From IMG/VR virus record IMGVR_UViG_2595698868_000001, positions 215,968 to 279,967 of that record: DNA of 64,000 bases; one strand, written 5' to 3'. A program made the position numbers and the translations under genes. The notes below the pieces were generated by a model. It searched no databases. It had not been told where the DNA came from and saw only the letters and a list, made by a program, of their open reading frames with translations. This DNA comes from a virus (Duplodnaviria; Caudoviricetes). Shown in pieces: positions 28,301 to 39,214 of the stretch. The number at the start of each line of letters is the position of its first letter. Position 1 is the first letter of the stretch.

Positions 28301-28744
28301 TTACACCGCTGGCGGCGGCGGCTCAACGGTGCGGTACATGACAAGCGGCTGCGGAGACCCCGCCGGCTTGATCTCCGATACCTTCGATTCCGCCAAGCCT
28401 GCGTGTTTCAGTGCGTGCAGAGAGGCCCGGACCTTGTCGGGGTTGTAGCCCAGCACTTCCACGAGTTGGTGGACGAAGACCCACCCGTGCCTTTCCTGGA
28501 GACCTTCCAGGGCGCCCAGGGTTGCCTGGGATGCCGGCGCTTGCGCTCGTCGTTGCACCTTCTCGGACAAGCTCAGTCGATCGCGGCGCACACGGCGCTT
28601 CCCCAGGCCTTGAAGTAGCGCATGGACATGGTCATGATCCATGCGGACCTCGACGCCATTGAACGCCAGGACCGCACCGTCCTTCACGAGGCGGACGTCG
28701 AGGGCATCGCCAGGAGCCAGCGTGATGTTGATCGCCAGCTTCAC
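28301..28744 (-). CDS. protein with a C-terminal winged helix
   Basis: VHQLVEVLGYNPDKVRASLHALKHAGLAES. Confidence 0.6.
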   Translation of the reverse strand: MKLAINITLAPGDALDVRLVKDGAVLAFNGVEVRMDHDHVHALLQGLGKRRVRRDRLSLSEKVQRRAQAPASQATLGALEGLQERHGWVFVHQLVEVLGYNPDKVRASLHALKHAGLAESKVSEIKPAGSPQPLVMYRTVEPPPPAV

Positions 28745-29460
28745 TCCGCGCCCTCCAGCATGTTCAGCGCAGCTTGGGCGATCTCGCGCGGCGACATCTT
28801 CCGCTTCGGCGTGTTGAAATAGAGTGTTTTGAGTAGTTGCCGCGTCATCTCGATCCGGCGCTGTTGGCGCAAGGCCTCGGCCGACGTGAGTTCGTCGACC
28901 GTCTTTTGCGCGCGCTTCAGCACGGCGGGCCAGCCTGCGCGACGCCTTGCTCGCTCCTCCTCGGAAACAGGCTCATCCACCCACTCACCGGTCTCCCGAT
29001 TGCGGTAACGCTCCGTCTGCGGATACAGCGGATCAGCCAGCATCGCGGTGAAGTTCTCGACGGTGTGCTCGGCCTGCTGAAGCTTGTCGCGATGGTCGAG
29101 CCAGCCGATATGGCAGAGCGACTTGAGAACCCAGAGCATTCCTACGGCATCATGGACCTGGACCGCTTCAGCCAGGAGAAGCGCCTGATCGTGGGCAGCC
29201 TTCGACCAATCGCGCTCGCCGGCGCCGATCCGAAGGTTGTAGTTATAGGGCTTACCGAAATCGAGCCCACCAGTCACGGCGATCCTCGGCTTGTAGCCTA
29301 CATGGCCCATCGCCGGCGCATCGCGCCCTTCAGCCCAGAACTCGACGAGGACGTGATCCGTCGCCATCGTGGAGCCGTTGACCGACACGAGGAATGAACC
29401 CAGGCCCGGAATGACGACCGGTTTGCGGTCGCCCTGGAGATGAATGAACCCCCGGCTCAC
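28741..29460 (-). CDS. hypothetical protein
   Basis: GTG start coupled to the 29457 stop. Confidence 0.65.
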   Translation of the reverse strand: MSRGFIHLQGDRKPVVIPGLGSFLVSVNGSTMATDHVLVEFWAEGRDAPAMGHVGYKPRIAVTGGLDFGKPYNYNLRIGAGERDWSKAAHDQALLLAEAVQVHDAVGMLWVLKSLCHIGWLDHRDKLQQAEHTVENFTAMLADPLYPQTERYRNRETGEWVDEPVSEEERARRRAGWPAVLKRAQKTVDELTSAEALRQQRRIEMTRQLLKTLYFNTPKRKMSPREIAQAALNMLEGAE

Positions 29461-30317
29461 AGGTACACCTCGGCCAGTTCGGGCGCGGCATCCTCGCCGT
29501 GCTCGTTGAACCACATCAGGATGGCGCTGTGGTACAGATCGGCCGCTTTCGCTTTGGTGGGTGTCCGCATCAGGTCAAGACGCCGCGCGTCGAGTTCGAC
29601 CTGATCGGACAGTTCGGCGATGCGCTCCAGCGCTTCGAAGTCACGGCGGACGGTGTCGTAGTGGAGCGCCATTAGAAGCGCTCCGCATCTTCACGACGGC
29701 GGAACAGGATGCCCTGAGCCGCGTGCGGCATGTCGGCGTAGGTACCCTTGAACTCTTCGTCCTCGGTCAACGCGATGGCCCAGCGCGAATGCAGCACGCG
29801 ACGCATGTAGCCGACCGTCTCACCCTGTTCGGTGACGATCTCGTACATGATGCCGGCGACGCGTTTGGCGTACAGGATGACGCCGCCTGCCGGCGTTATG
29901 ATCTGACGGGCCATTAGGCAGCCTTCCCTCGCGCCGCAGCGCATCCTTCTTCGAAGCCGGTGCGATAGGCCGCCGGCGGATCATCGTAGCCGGCGCCGTA
30001 GTGTAAGCCGTGGAAGCCATCGCTGTAGCCGGCGAGATAGCCCGTCCGTTCGAGGCAGTTGTAGCCTTCGGACGGACGGGGATTCCAAGCGGTCTTGCCC
30101 ATCAGGCCACCACCGGGCAGTCGCCGGCCACGACCTTCACGCGGCCGTACTTGAACCGGGGACGCAGGGCCTTCGCCGCGCGCTGGGCTGCCGCACCCGA
30201 GGGATGCGAGCACGAGTCGACGCCGGTATCCTTGGCGATCGCGAGGCCCGCGACCGAGCCGAGCAGATCGCAGTAGGGCCGACCGCCGATCGTGATGTGA
30301 TGGGTCTGCTTGCACAT
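29457..30317 (-). other. four small coupled hypothetical CDS (29457-29672, 29672-29914, 29914-30102, 30102-30317)
   Basis: Overlapping start/stop codons downstream of a class A promoter. Confidence 0.55.
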
Positions 30318-30322
30318 GGCGA

Positions 30323-30377
30323 GCCTCCTTTCGTTGTTCGTCAGGAGGGTTGTAAAGAAACTATTCGAGCCTGTCAA
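30323..30377 (-). promoter_or_regulatory. class A promoter plus anti-SD hairpin
   Basis: Reverse complement reads ttgaca..gtttctttacaac cctcct-gacgaacaacgaa-aggagg. Confidence 0.75.
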
Positions 30378-30612
30378 TCGCCCGCGAGAGGCGGGTTGAG
30401 CACTTCGTACGTGGCGGCAGCATCAGCGATAACCTTCGACCGCTGCTCGCTCGCTTCCGCGATCATCCGATGAGCGATCGTACGCCAGCGATTTCGCTCC
30501 TTCGCCGACATTTCCTCGTAGGATTTCGCCCGATCCGGACGTTGTCCATAGGCGCGTCGAACCCAACTTTCATAGAGCGTGACCGCCAGCGTTTCGTAGG
30601 CGTCGATTCCGA

Positions 30613-31245
30613 TCATGAGGCCTCCTTCTCATAGAGCCGCGCCCAGGCGTCGGTCTGGCCCTCGTGATCTGCGGCGGAGATGCTAGGGTCGACCGGACCG
30701 TGATGCAGGATCGTGTAGATGTGCGGAGCACCGTGAGACCCGTCCATGACCAGCCCATCAGGCGTGATCTGCGCGCGCATCTTCCAGCACCCGTTCAGGA
30801 CCCAGAGGAAGGCTTCACCATCTCGCACCGCCAGAACTTGGGCGTAGATGCCCGCCACACCGCGATCACCCAGCAGTAGGTAATCTTCGGCCTGGATGAT
30901 GTGATCATCGGTGAAGGCGGTCGGCTCAGCGACCTGGACCTGTTGGCCGTTCGCATCGTAGCCGACGATGGTGACCACCTCATCGATCTGATGCACTATG
31001 GTGCGCTCGTAGTAGATGATATCGACGATTTCCTGCGTCTCGATCATCGACTTCAGATAGCCGGCGGAGATCGCGCGGACTGCTTCCGCATGCGTCTCGT
31101 ACGTGTCCGCGATCTCCGGGACCCACTCAGTCCAAGACCATCCGATCTTGGGGTAGACGTATTGGCCGATCTGTTTTGAAAAGCCCCGTACGATCCATTC
31201 GGTCTTTTTGCTGCTGTATTGACGCGGATGCGTTCCGATCTTCAT
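30613..31245 (-). CDS. hypothetical protein
   Basis: Coupled 210-aa ORF. Confidence 0.65.
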   Translation of the reverse strand: MKIGTHPRQYSSKKTEWIVRGFSKQIGQYVYPKIGWSWTEWVPEIADTYETHAEAVRAISAGYLKSMIETQEIVDIIYYERTIVHQIDEVVTIVGYDANGQQVQVAEPTAFTDDHIIQAEDYLLLGDRGVAGIYAQVLAVRDGEAFLWVLNGCWKMRAQITPDGLVMDGSHGAPHIYTILHHGPVDPSISAADHEGQTDAWARLYEKEAS

Positions 31246-31628
31246 GGCGCCGTCACCACCGGCTCGAAGTGCGCCTTCAGGGCCTCCTTGCGTTCCTGTT
31301 CAGCCTCCTCGCAGGCGGCGATCGCGCTCGCCAACTTCTTCTCCAGGGCGAGGCGATCGGCGTCGAGCGCTTCGACCGGCGCGCTCTTCTCTTTCCAGAG
31401 CGTGAAGGCCGACTTGCGGCGTTCATAGGCCTCCTCGAACGTGTCGAAGAAGCCGTACACGAAGTTGAACTCCGCGTGCTGGATGCCCGACTTCAGGCCC
31501 GGATCGGCGAGCCGCGCGATGCGGGTGCTGCTGTAGAAGCGGTCCTTCATCTGGACGGTGGTCCAGTCCACGATCTCCAGCGAGGCCGGAGTCGGTCGGG
31601 ATGAAAAGGATACGACGGCGACGGTCAT
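31242..31628 (-). CDS. hypothetical protein
   Basis: AGGAGG RBS. Confidence 0.65.
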   Translation of the reverse strand: MTVAVVSFSSRPTPASLEIVDWTTVQMKDRFYSSTRIARLADPGLKSGIQHAEFNFVYGFFDTFEEAYERRKSAFTLWKEKSAPVEALDADRLALEKKLASAIAACEEAEQERKEALKAHFEPVVTAP

Positions 31629-31636
31629 GAGCCCTC

Positions 31637-32404
31637 CTAGACGATGTATGGAACGCGCTGACGGAAGTCGAAGGCCCGCTTCGTCTCGCGAACGTAGTCG
31701 ATCAGCTTCTTCAGCAGGTCAGGATCGTGGGCGCCGGGGTCGAAGTCGTTGCGCAGTATCGCGTCGATCAGTTCGATGTTCTCGGCGGCGAGTTCATCGC
31801 GACCGCAGATGCAATCCGCGAAGCGGGCCGCTTCCATGACCGGTTGCGGCACGTTCAGGCGCGCGCAGATGTCCATGATCTCGCTCTTCCAGAGCGACCG
31901 GATCGGCTGGATCGACACCGAGTCCGAGAGCAGGCTGAACTTACCCAGGGTGAATTCGGTCAGGTTGGTGCAGCCGACGACCCAGAAGTTGTTGCCCGGC
32001 TCATACGGAATCGGCTTCCTGGTTGGCATACCCTCGTGCGACTCGACGTCGTTCAAGGCACGCAGGTGGATGTCGGCCCAACGCTGCTGATCCTCATTGC
32101 CGCCCAGCGGCACGAGGACTTCGAGGCTGACTTCGTCGCCGGCGACTTCCTTGATCCAGGCCGCCGCAGCGGTCTCGAACCAGCTTGGCGTCTTGCGGCC
32201 GGCGGCGACGTAGTGCAGCGCGCGAATCGGAACGCGTCGGAAGCCCTCGGCCTCCAGTTCGCGCACGGCCGTCAGCAGGGCGTAGAACGCCGTCAGCGAG
32301 TCGGTGCCCGACAGGCCGATGATGAAGCCCGGCACAGGCGTCTGGGACTGCTTGATCTTGATCTTCAGCCGGGTGACGAGGTTCTGGAACTTAGGCGTCG
32401 GCAT
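31637..32404 (-). CDS. nadE: NH3-dependent NAD+ synthetase (NadE)-like protein
   Basis: GFIIGLSGTDS PP-loop; VVGCTNLTEFTLGKF..D...QPIRSLWKSEI..L.VP matches the NadE pattern. Confidence 0.7.
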   Translation of the reverse strand: MPTPKFQNLVTRLKIKIKQSQTPVPGFIIGLSGTDSLTAFYALLTAVRELEAEGFRRVPIRALHYVAAGRKTPSWFETAAAAWIKEVAGDEVSLEVLVPLGGNEDQQRWADIHLRALNDVESHEGMPTRKPIPYEPGNNFWVVGCTNLTEFTLGKFSLLSDSVSIQPIRSLWKSEIMDICARLNVPQPVMEAARFADCICGRDELAAENIELIDAILRNDFDPGAHDPDLLKKLIDYVRETKRAFDFRQRVPYIV

Positions 32405-32599
32405 TGGCTTCTTTCTTGGCGTTGATATCGTCCAGCGCGGCTTTGATTTCCGCCGTCAGTGCCTTGGTGCGCTCCAGCAGGTCATCATGGATCGCTTGCT
32501 GCTCCGGCGTGATCGGCTTGGGTGCGTAGTCCTGCGGCTCGCTGACCGGCTCCAGCCACGTCATGCCGGTCTCGGGACAGGTGAACTTCTGAAACTTCA

Positions 32600-32983
32600 T
32601 CAGATCGCTTCCCCGTTTTGGTTCACCCACAGCGTCTTGCTCGGATGTAGCCGGCTCGCGATCTCGAATCCGAAAGCTTCGTTGATCTTGTCGGCGTGTT
32701 TGGCGATCGAGGCCTGCGTGATGCGGCCCTTCTCCAGCCAGCAGGTGTCGAACCCGCCCAGCATCTTGAACCGGGACGGCGCGCGCAGGATCAGTTGGGC
32801 TTGCACGTAGTCGCGGCCGAAGCCTCGTGCGCCGTGCGCCATCGTATGGCCGGGGACGATGAACAGCATCACCGTCGAAGTCGGATCATCGCGATAGATG
32901 CCGGGGCGATGGAGGGCGGCGATCAGCCGACGCTTCACGCCCCAATCACCATTACCGTGGCGCGGGATAATCTGCTGGGTCAT
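32600..32983 (-). CDS. hypothetical protein
   Basis: GAGGAGG RBS after the promoter. Confidence 0.65.
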   Translation of the reverse strand: MTQQIIPRHGNGDWGVKRRLIAALHRPGIYRDDPTSTVMLFIVPGHTMAHGARGFGRDYVQAQLILRAPSRFKMLGGFDTCWLEKGRITQASIAKHADKINEAFGFEIASRLHPSKTLWVNQNGEAI

Positions 32984-33010
32984 AGGGCCTCCTCGTGATC
33001 GTCAAGCTTC

Positions 33011-33038
33011 GTGTAAAGAAACAGGACGACCACGTCAA
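33011..33038 (-). promoter_or_regulatory. class A promoter
   Basis: Reverse complement reads ttgacg..gtttctttacac; a 28-bp stretch is identical to the copy near 47948-47975. Confidence 0.75.
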
Positions 33039-33061
33039 GCGAGAAGTAGTGAGTGATAGCG

Positions 33062-33137
33062 TGGCGATCCCTACTGGACTCGAACCAGTACCCGCCCTTT
33101 AGAAGAGGGCTGCCCTCTCCAGTTGGACCAAGGGACC
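33062..33137 (-). tRNA. tRNA-Arg(TCT)
   Basis: Reverse complement GGTCCCT..GCCCT-CTTCTAA-AGGGC..ACTGG-TTCGAGT-CCAGT-AGGGATC-G-CCA; 76-nt cloverleaf. Confidence 0.9.
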
Positions 33138-33387
33138 TATCGATAGCCGTGTTTGTGAAGGAACTGGTTCACGTTCTTCACAGCGAAATGTACGGAGGAC
33201 TGATCGCCGCCTCGGGACGTGCTACGAATCGAGGTGACATGAATCCAGCCCTGGCCTGGAAGCTGAGATTGGACCCGGACGTGTTTGCCCTGCCGAACAG
33301 CACGGGCTTCCAGGCCCTTCTGCTTCAACATTTCTATTGCAGCGGCGGTCGCGAGTTCCATGTGCCGCTGCCCGTGCGTGCTGCGAG

Positions 33388-33747
33388 TCATCCGGCGGCC
33401 ATATGCAGGGCGTACTCGGCGCGTTCGCGGAAAGCCTTCCTGGCGGCGTAGGCGCGATCTACGATCTCGCTGGAGTAGAGTTGGCTTTTGTTCCCGAGGT
33501 TGGCGCGGGCGTGCGCCTCCTCGATCCAGAAGGCCGCCTCGTGTTCCGACCAGTCGCCGGCCTCGACCAGCGCGAGTCGTGCGACCATGGCGCGGCGCGA
33601 CCACTCGGCCTGCGCATACAGGATGAAGGTCATCGAGTAGGCTTCGGTCGCCAGCGCGCGATTGACCATGAAGCTGAAGCCGCCGATGACGGGCGTCGTC
33701 TGGGACACCAGCGACTCGGCCTTCTTGAGAGCGAGTTCGCGTTCCAT
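33388..33747 (-). CDS. hypothetical protein
   Basis: Coupled ORF. Confidence 0.55.
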   Translation of the reverse strand: MERELALKKAESLVSQTTPVIGGFSFMVNRALATEAYSMTFILYAQAEWSRRAMVARLALVEAGDWSEHEAAFWIEEAHARANLGNKSQLYSSEIVDRAYAARKAFRERAEYALHMAAG

Positions 33748-34178
33748 CACGCGGCCTCCGCGCCGGCCAGCACATGATACCACGAGTCTGGGTGCTTCGA
33801 GTTGCCCTCGTCCTTGATCCAGCCGCCGCCGAAGTGGGCAGTCACCAGCCGCAGAATGCGCTCGGCGTCGCCGTAGGAGCCCAGGGTGAGCAGCACGCCC
33901 GGATCGCGCGAGAAGACCTCGCGGTAATCGCAGGCGCAGTAGCCGTTGAGGAAGACGTGCATCATGCGCGGCTCGCCACGATCGCGTTGATGGTACTTCT
34001 TGCGGACGTTGCCGGCCTTCTGCGCCGGCGTCAGTTCTTCGTTGAAATGCACGACGACGTGGTCGTCTTGATCCGTCAGGCGGATCGTATAGTCCGAGCC
34101 GCCGTACAGGGTGCGCATGGCCTTCACGATCGACATGACGTCGGTGTGCTGGAACACGGCGTTGCAGGAAATGGACAT
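33747..34178 (-). CDS. hypothetical protein
   Basis: AGGAGG RBS after the promoter. Confidence 0.7.
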   Translation of the reverse strand: MSISCNAVFQHTDVMSIVKAMRTLYGGSDYTIRLTDQDDHVVVHFNEELTPAQKAGNVRKKYHQRDRGEPRMMHVFLNGYCACDYREVFSRDPGVLLTLGSYGDAERILRLVTAHFGGGWIKDEGNSKHPDSWYHVLAGAEAA

Positions 34179-34209
34179 CAGGGCCTCCTGGGTTGTTCGT
34201 CAGTGGCGT

Positions 34210-34237
34210 GTGTAAAGAAACACTCTCCGCCTGTCAA
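34210..34237 (-). promoter_or_regulatory. class A promoter
   Basis: Reverse complement reads ttgaca..gtttctttacac. Confidence 0.75.
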
Positions 34238-34539
34238 CGCCCTCCAGCGTTGGAGGCTTCGAATTCCGCGTACAGTTTCACGACATGGCCGACAGCCTGC
34301 TCCACGAAGAGGAAGTACGTCTCCGGGCGCTGCCCGTACACGGGCTCCTCGTTCAGCTTGTAGAAGCCGAACCCGTACTTCGCCGTCCATTGGACCTGGA
34401 TGTTGAAGTCGTTGCAGTCGATCTCGATCCAGAACTCACCATTGGGCGATTCAGGACGATCGAGATGCGTCGTGGCCGAGGACGAAAGTAGCTCGGGGAT
34501 CAGCGCCATGAAGTCGCTGGGCTGTTTGTAGAGGCTCAT
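34234..34539 (-). CDS. hypothetical protein
   Basis: Coupled ORF. Confidence 0.6.
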   Translation of the reverse strand: MSLYKQPSDFMALIPELLSSSATTHLDRPESPNGEFWIEIDCNDFNIQVQWTAKYGFGFYKLNEEPVYGQRPETYFLFVEQAVGHVVKLYAEFEASNAGGR

Positions 34540-34841
34540 CGCGACACCGTGTCCTTCTTGCGCCGGTTCTTGTGGGCTTCCCAGCCGGCCTTGAACGCGA
34601 TGTCCAGGACGAGACGATCCACGCCCGGCGGATAGGTGCCGCCCAGAGCCTTCCAGGCTTCGAAAGCCTCGTGGCGCTCCTGCATGTCATTCTTCTTCAT
34701 GTGGGGCTCCTCTTTTGCTGCGGGCACGTAAATCGCTGACGACGGATCGCCTCGCTTGACGTATAGGTAGCCATCCGGAACGGGCGGCAAACCCTGCTTC
34801 GTCGGGTCGAGTTTGAAGACGGCCGTCTCGACTTTTGGCAT
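34536..34841 (-). CDS. hypothetical protein
   Basis: AGGAG RBS; class A promoter at 34871-34898. Confidence 0.6.
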   Translation of the reverse strand: MPKVETAVFKLDPTKQGLPPVPDGYLYVKRGDPSSAIYVPAAKEEPHMKKNDMQERHEAFEAWKALGGTYPPGVDRLVLDIAFKAGWEAHKNRRKKDTVSR

Positions 34842-34971
34842 GGCGTGGCTCCTGGCGATCGCGGTCACATCTTGTAAAGAAACCACATACAGGGTCAAGC
34901 CTCAAAATGCCGGCTTGACAGTCTGGCTGACCGTGCGAGAACCAGCGTTGCCATTAACCAATGAGGCCGAC

Positions 34972-35421
34972 ATGGGCACGCGTGCGCAGTTCTTCATCAA
35001 CCACCCGAGCGATCTCGAAAAGCGTATCTGGCTCGGCTCGGTCGCTTGGGACGGCTACCCGGAAGGCGACATCGGCGAGGCCTTCCAGGGCGTCAAGACC
35101 GTTCACGACTTCCGCGAGGCCGTCGATAAGATTGCGCTCCAACGGGACGACTACTGCGACCCGGACAAGCGCAGCTTCCCGTTCCCCTGGACGAACGACC
35201 TCTATCTGACCGACTGCACCTATGCGTTCTTCGACGACAAGGTCCAGTTCACCTATTTCCACGCAGGTTTCATGCCGCTGGAAGCGTATCTGACCCTGAC
35301 CGATGAAGAGCAGGAAAAGCTGGACGCGCGTGGCGACACTCTGCCCGACAACGTGCCGGCGCCGGTCTCAGCCCTGCCACCCGGCCCCGACAGCATCATC
35401 ATCGTGAGCGCAGCCGGCTAG
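34972..35421 (+). CDS. hypothetical protein (lone + gene inside the - block)
   Basis: GAGG RBS; upstream TTGACA; MGTRA..WDGYPEG. Confidence 0.7.
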   Translation: MGTRAQFFINHPSDLEKRIWLGSVAWDGYPEGDIGEAFQGVKTVHDFREAVDKIALQRDDYCDPDKRSFPFPWTNDLYLTDCTYAFFDDKVQFTYFHAGFMPLEAYLTLTDEEQEKLDARGDTLPDNVPAPVSALPPGPDSIIIVSAAG

Positions 35422-37145
35422 GCTGCGTTCTTACCGATGTGGTAGCCGTCGCAGAAGACGCACTTGTAAGGGCGAAAGACCCCGCCGTGCTTACGCTGCA
35501 TGGCGCCGGCGGCCTTCTCCGCGCTTTCAAGGGAGCCGTATTCGACCTTCGGCTTCTTGCTGCCCCGGCTGATGTGGGAGTTGCGACTGAACATCCCCCA
35601 GGCATTGCCGGTGATGAAGAAGTTGCGGTAAAGCCGCGTCAGCGGCAGTTGACCCTTCAGGGCGAGGTAGACGTTACGCAGTCTCATTAGGCGTTTCCCT
35701 CCTGCGGGAACAGCGAGGCGATGTAGTCGAATGCCTCCTGGCGGCTGCGGAAGATGCGCACGTTGTGCTTCTCGCACCACTCGATGCCGACGCCGAGCGT
35801 TCGGAACGCGCCCTTGTTGCGGTAGATGCTCCAGCCCCAGAGCGCGCGACCCGTGCCGGGCGACCCAGGGTAGTCCTTCACGATGCACGCGAAGACGGTC
35901 GGGAAACAGTCGGACCCGTAGACGGCCCACAGAGGCACATCGAGCGGCGCCGTATCGAGCGTGAGCGGGATGAACATCAGTCGTCCAGGCGCGTCGCGTT
36001 CTTCATCCAAACGCCGGCGCGGAAGAAGCAGAAGGCACACGCAATGCCGAGGCAGCCGAACGGCACCGTACCGATCGTGGGAATGAAGATGCCGGCGAAG
36101 AACGTGGCGACCGCGAAAACGGATGCGGCATTCTGCCAATCATGCGCTCGGGATAGTGCCAGATACCGCTTCATGCTCATATAAGCCTCCTGTCACGCCA
36201 CTCGTAAACTCTCAAGCTCCGCCGCGCAAGATCACATCGTGCAGGTCTCGCACACCTCGCCGGCGTACTCGATCTCATGTACGACGGGCGAGGTTTTCAT
36301 GCCGGGCGGCGGCTCACGGCCGCCAAAGCCCATCTGATGGATGACGCCGCTGCGCGACTCTTGGCGAACGCGCGGCGTAGGTTGAGGCGCCCGCACCGGC
36401 CGCCCAGGTTCCAGCCCGCGCTCCACATAATGGATCGTCCGCAGCCTCACGATGTAGGCGGCGAAGCTCAGGCCCCATAGGAACACCAGGAGCATACTCA
36501 GCATGCCCATGCGTCAGAACTCCGTCGGCAGGTAATCCCAGGGCTGCTTGCCCTCGGGCACGGCGTCTTCGGCAGGCTGCACGTACAGGCTGTCGGTGCT
36601 GATGAAGGCTCCCCGCGCACGCTTGTGGGCCATCTGCGTCGGATGCTCGTAGCTCAAGAAGTTCGGCTTCTGCCGACCGCGACGCTCCTTGTACTCGAAG
36701 CCCATCTCGACCAGCTTCTCGTGGGCGCGCCACAGCTTGGACTCGCGGGCCAGCTTCCAGCCGGCCTCGTTGAGCTTGTCCTTATGCAGGGTCAGTATGT
36801 GGTCGCCGATCTGCACTTCGGTCGGCACGAGCGAGTAGTAGCCGTACATCGCGATGCGGGTGTTGGTGTGGAGGCCACGCTGGGCGCCGGTGATCGCCAG
36901 ATAGGCCAGGGCGCGCGAGAGGGTCTTCGGGGTGGTCGTCATCCTGATCTCCTATTTCGCTGTCTGGCTCATTCGGTGATTTCTTCGACCTCGGAACGGC
37001 TGTAGACCCGTTCCCCGGTCGCGGTCTCACGGCGGCTGATGATGACGTGGCCGTGGACGAAATGATCGTCGACGTACGACGCCAGCAACACCTTACCCGG
37101 ATACGGGCGCACGCCGGTCTTGATCTTGAAACGCCGCTTGGTCAT
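35418..37145 (-). other. small hypothetical CDS cluster (35418-35687, 35687-35977, 35977-36180, 36232-36510, 36514-36942, 36969-37145)
   Basis: Coupled ORFs downstream of the class A promoter at 37172-37200. Confidence 0.55.
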
Positions 37146-38116
37146 AGGGCCTCCTGTGTTCGTCCAGGCCGCTTGTAAAGAAACATATCACCCCATGCAA
37201 GCGAAATCGTAAGGCGAGCCGCCTCGGGGGACTCATACCCACTTTGGGAATTGTGTCGGGAATTCGACACAACCTTGGCCATTCGAAATCGTTTGCTGCA
37301 TGGCCGAAAAACGGCTATTCCACCTACATGACCAAGCTTCATCATGATCCGCAGGTCTACGCGCGCGAACAGGCCGCCATCGCCCACGTGGCGGGAGGGG
37401 TTCAGGCGTTGCTGGACCAGTCTGTTGAAGCGACCGATATGACCGCCCTGCTCTCTCGATCCCTGCGCACCGAACTGGCGCGGGAGATGGCCCGGCGCCT
37501 CGTACAGATGCCGATGGCGTACCCTGGAGTCAGGGCGGCAGTCTAGCCGAGCCGGCTGTCAACACTTTTGGCGTTGACCTCACAGGTAGCGTTGGTTTAC
37601 GGATAAGCCGAAAGGTTCACTCAGGGTGGACCAAATGGCTTGAAGGTAAACCATGGGCTGGGGCACGCATCCCGACACCATCTCGTGCGCAATGGCCTCG
37701 GGCGCCGGAAACCGCAGCGGCCACCCCTGGGGTACGCTGGCCTGGATGAAGGCCTATCGCGAACACTACGCTCAGAACAATGAATCCTTCGGCGGCACCC
37801 TGGAGAGCTATTTGGCGTCGATCGACGCCGAGATAGCCTTGTTGGAGGCTGCGCCCAAAGGCACCATATCTAAAGGGTTCTGGTAGATGACTATTCAAGC
37901 GCAATACACCGACACAGAGTTCAATGAGGCTCTCAAGACTCTGGACCTATCCCGGAATCCCGACATGCCCCGTCCTAGTGCTATCTTGGACGCTCTGCTG
38001 CGAGGACTTAACGCTCGCCACCCTAGTGCGATGCGGCCCCTCCCAGCCCCTTCGCCAGAGCAAGTCAAGAGTATGACAGCGGCGGCGCTTTGCCTTAAGT
38101 CGTGGTGGGACCTCTG

Positions 38117-39214
38117 ATGATCATCTACCCCATCCTCAACCGCATCAAGACCGGCGAAGTAACCGCTGAAGAAGCGCGCGCTGGACTGCGCCAGTTGCTG
38201 GATGAACAAGGCCTAAAGGTCTACACGCACGTCTTTTCCGCCCTGCGCGTTTGGACGGTCAAGGTGCTGACCAGCGGTCGAACCGACGCCACCGAACTCA
38301 ACAGGTGGTTCAGACTCCTGCGCGGCGTTTCGGTCACGATGGCGCGGCGCGAACCTGACTGCCACGACAGCGTCGCCGTCGACGTGCTCGCCGAAGTCCT
38401 CTTCGACTACCTGTCCAAGCTGATGCGGGACGCCTTCGACGCGGCCGATTCCTTCCATTACCAATATCTCGTCCATCGACGCCTCGGGCGCTTCATGGTG
38501 AAGCCGGGTAATCCGATCGATTTCACGCGCATGCAGGTTCCGGGCGAGATGTCCTGGTCCGTCAAGGGCGATCAGAGCATTGAGTTCATCCATGTCCGCC
38601 GTCCGGAGACCGAGGACAAGGGTCGCTTCGCGATCTCCAGGGAATGGTTCGAGCGTAAGGTCGCCCTGGAAGGCGACACCGAGATCGGCGCCGGGTTCGA
38701 CATGATCCACATGCTGCAAGAGGACGACGTGACTCAAGTCTCCCTGATCCAGACGCTGCGCGACCTGCATGACGCCTTCGCGCCCTGGGCAGCCCAGACC
38801 GTGAAGCAAGAACAGGCGATCGCTGCGGCCAAGGCGTTGCTGGATCGGTACGACCTCGACGCCTATGCGACCGAAAAGGATATCTCGTCCGAGAGCCGCG
38901 AGATCATCACCGACATCTTCGGGTCGGCCGTGCTGGTTTCGGATCGGCCGATCGTCTTCACCCTGGAAGAAGTCGACACCATCCTGAAGGTCCAGCGCGC
39001 CCTTTTGGGTAAGCCGTCCTTCGAGGACGCGTTGATTGAGTCGATCCGCGAGTTCGCCGATCAGGTCTTGAGCGCCGGGCAGGACTGCTGCATCGATCCG
39101 GATGCCGGCCCGGACGCGACAACCACGGTGCGGTTCACCGGCGAGGAAGGGTGTCGGATGGGGGACGCGCTGCATCGGATGGTTAACGCGGTGGCGCCGG
39201 TGGACTCCCAATGA
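38117..39214 (+). CDS. hypothetical protein
   Basis: About 365 aa; TGATG coupling. Confidence 0.7.
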   Translation: MIIYPILNRIKTGEVTAEEARAGLRQLLDEQGLKVYTHVFSALRVWTVKVLTSGRTDATELNRWFRLLRGVSVTMARREPDCHDSVAVDVLAEVLFDYLSKLMRDAFDAADSFHYQYLVHRRLGRFMVKPGNPIDFTRMQVPGEMSWSVKGDQSIEFIHVRRPETEDKGRFAISREWFERKVALEGDTEIGAGFDMIHMLQEDDVTQVSLIQTLRDLHDAFAPWAAQTVKQEQAIAAAKALLDRYDLDAYATEKDISSESREIITDIFGSAVLVSDRPIVFTLEEVDTILKVQRALLGKPSFEDALIESIREFADQVLSAGQDCCIDPDAGPDATTTVRFTGEEGCRMGDALHRMVNAVAPVDSQ

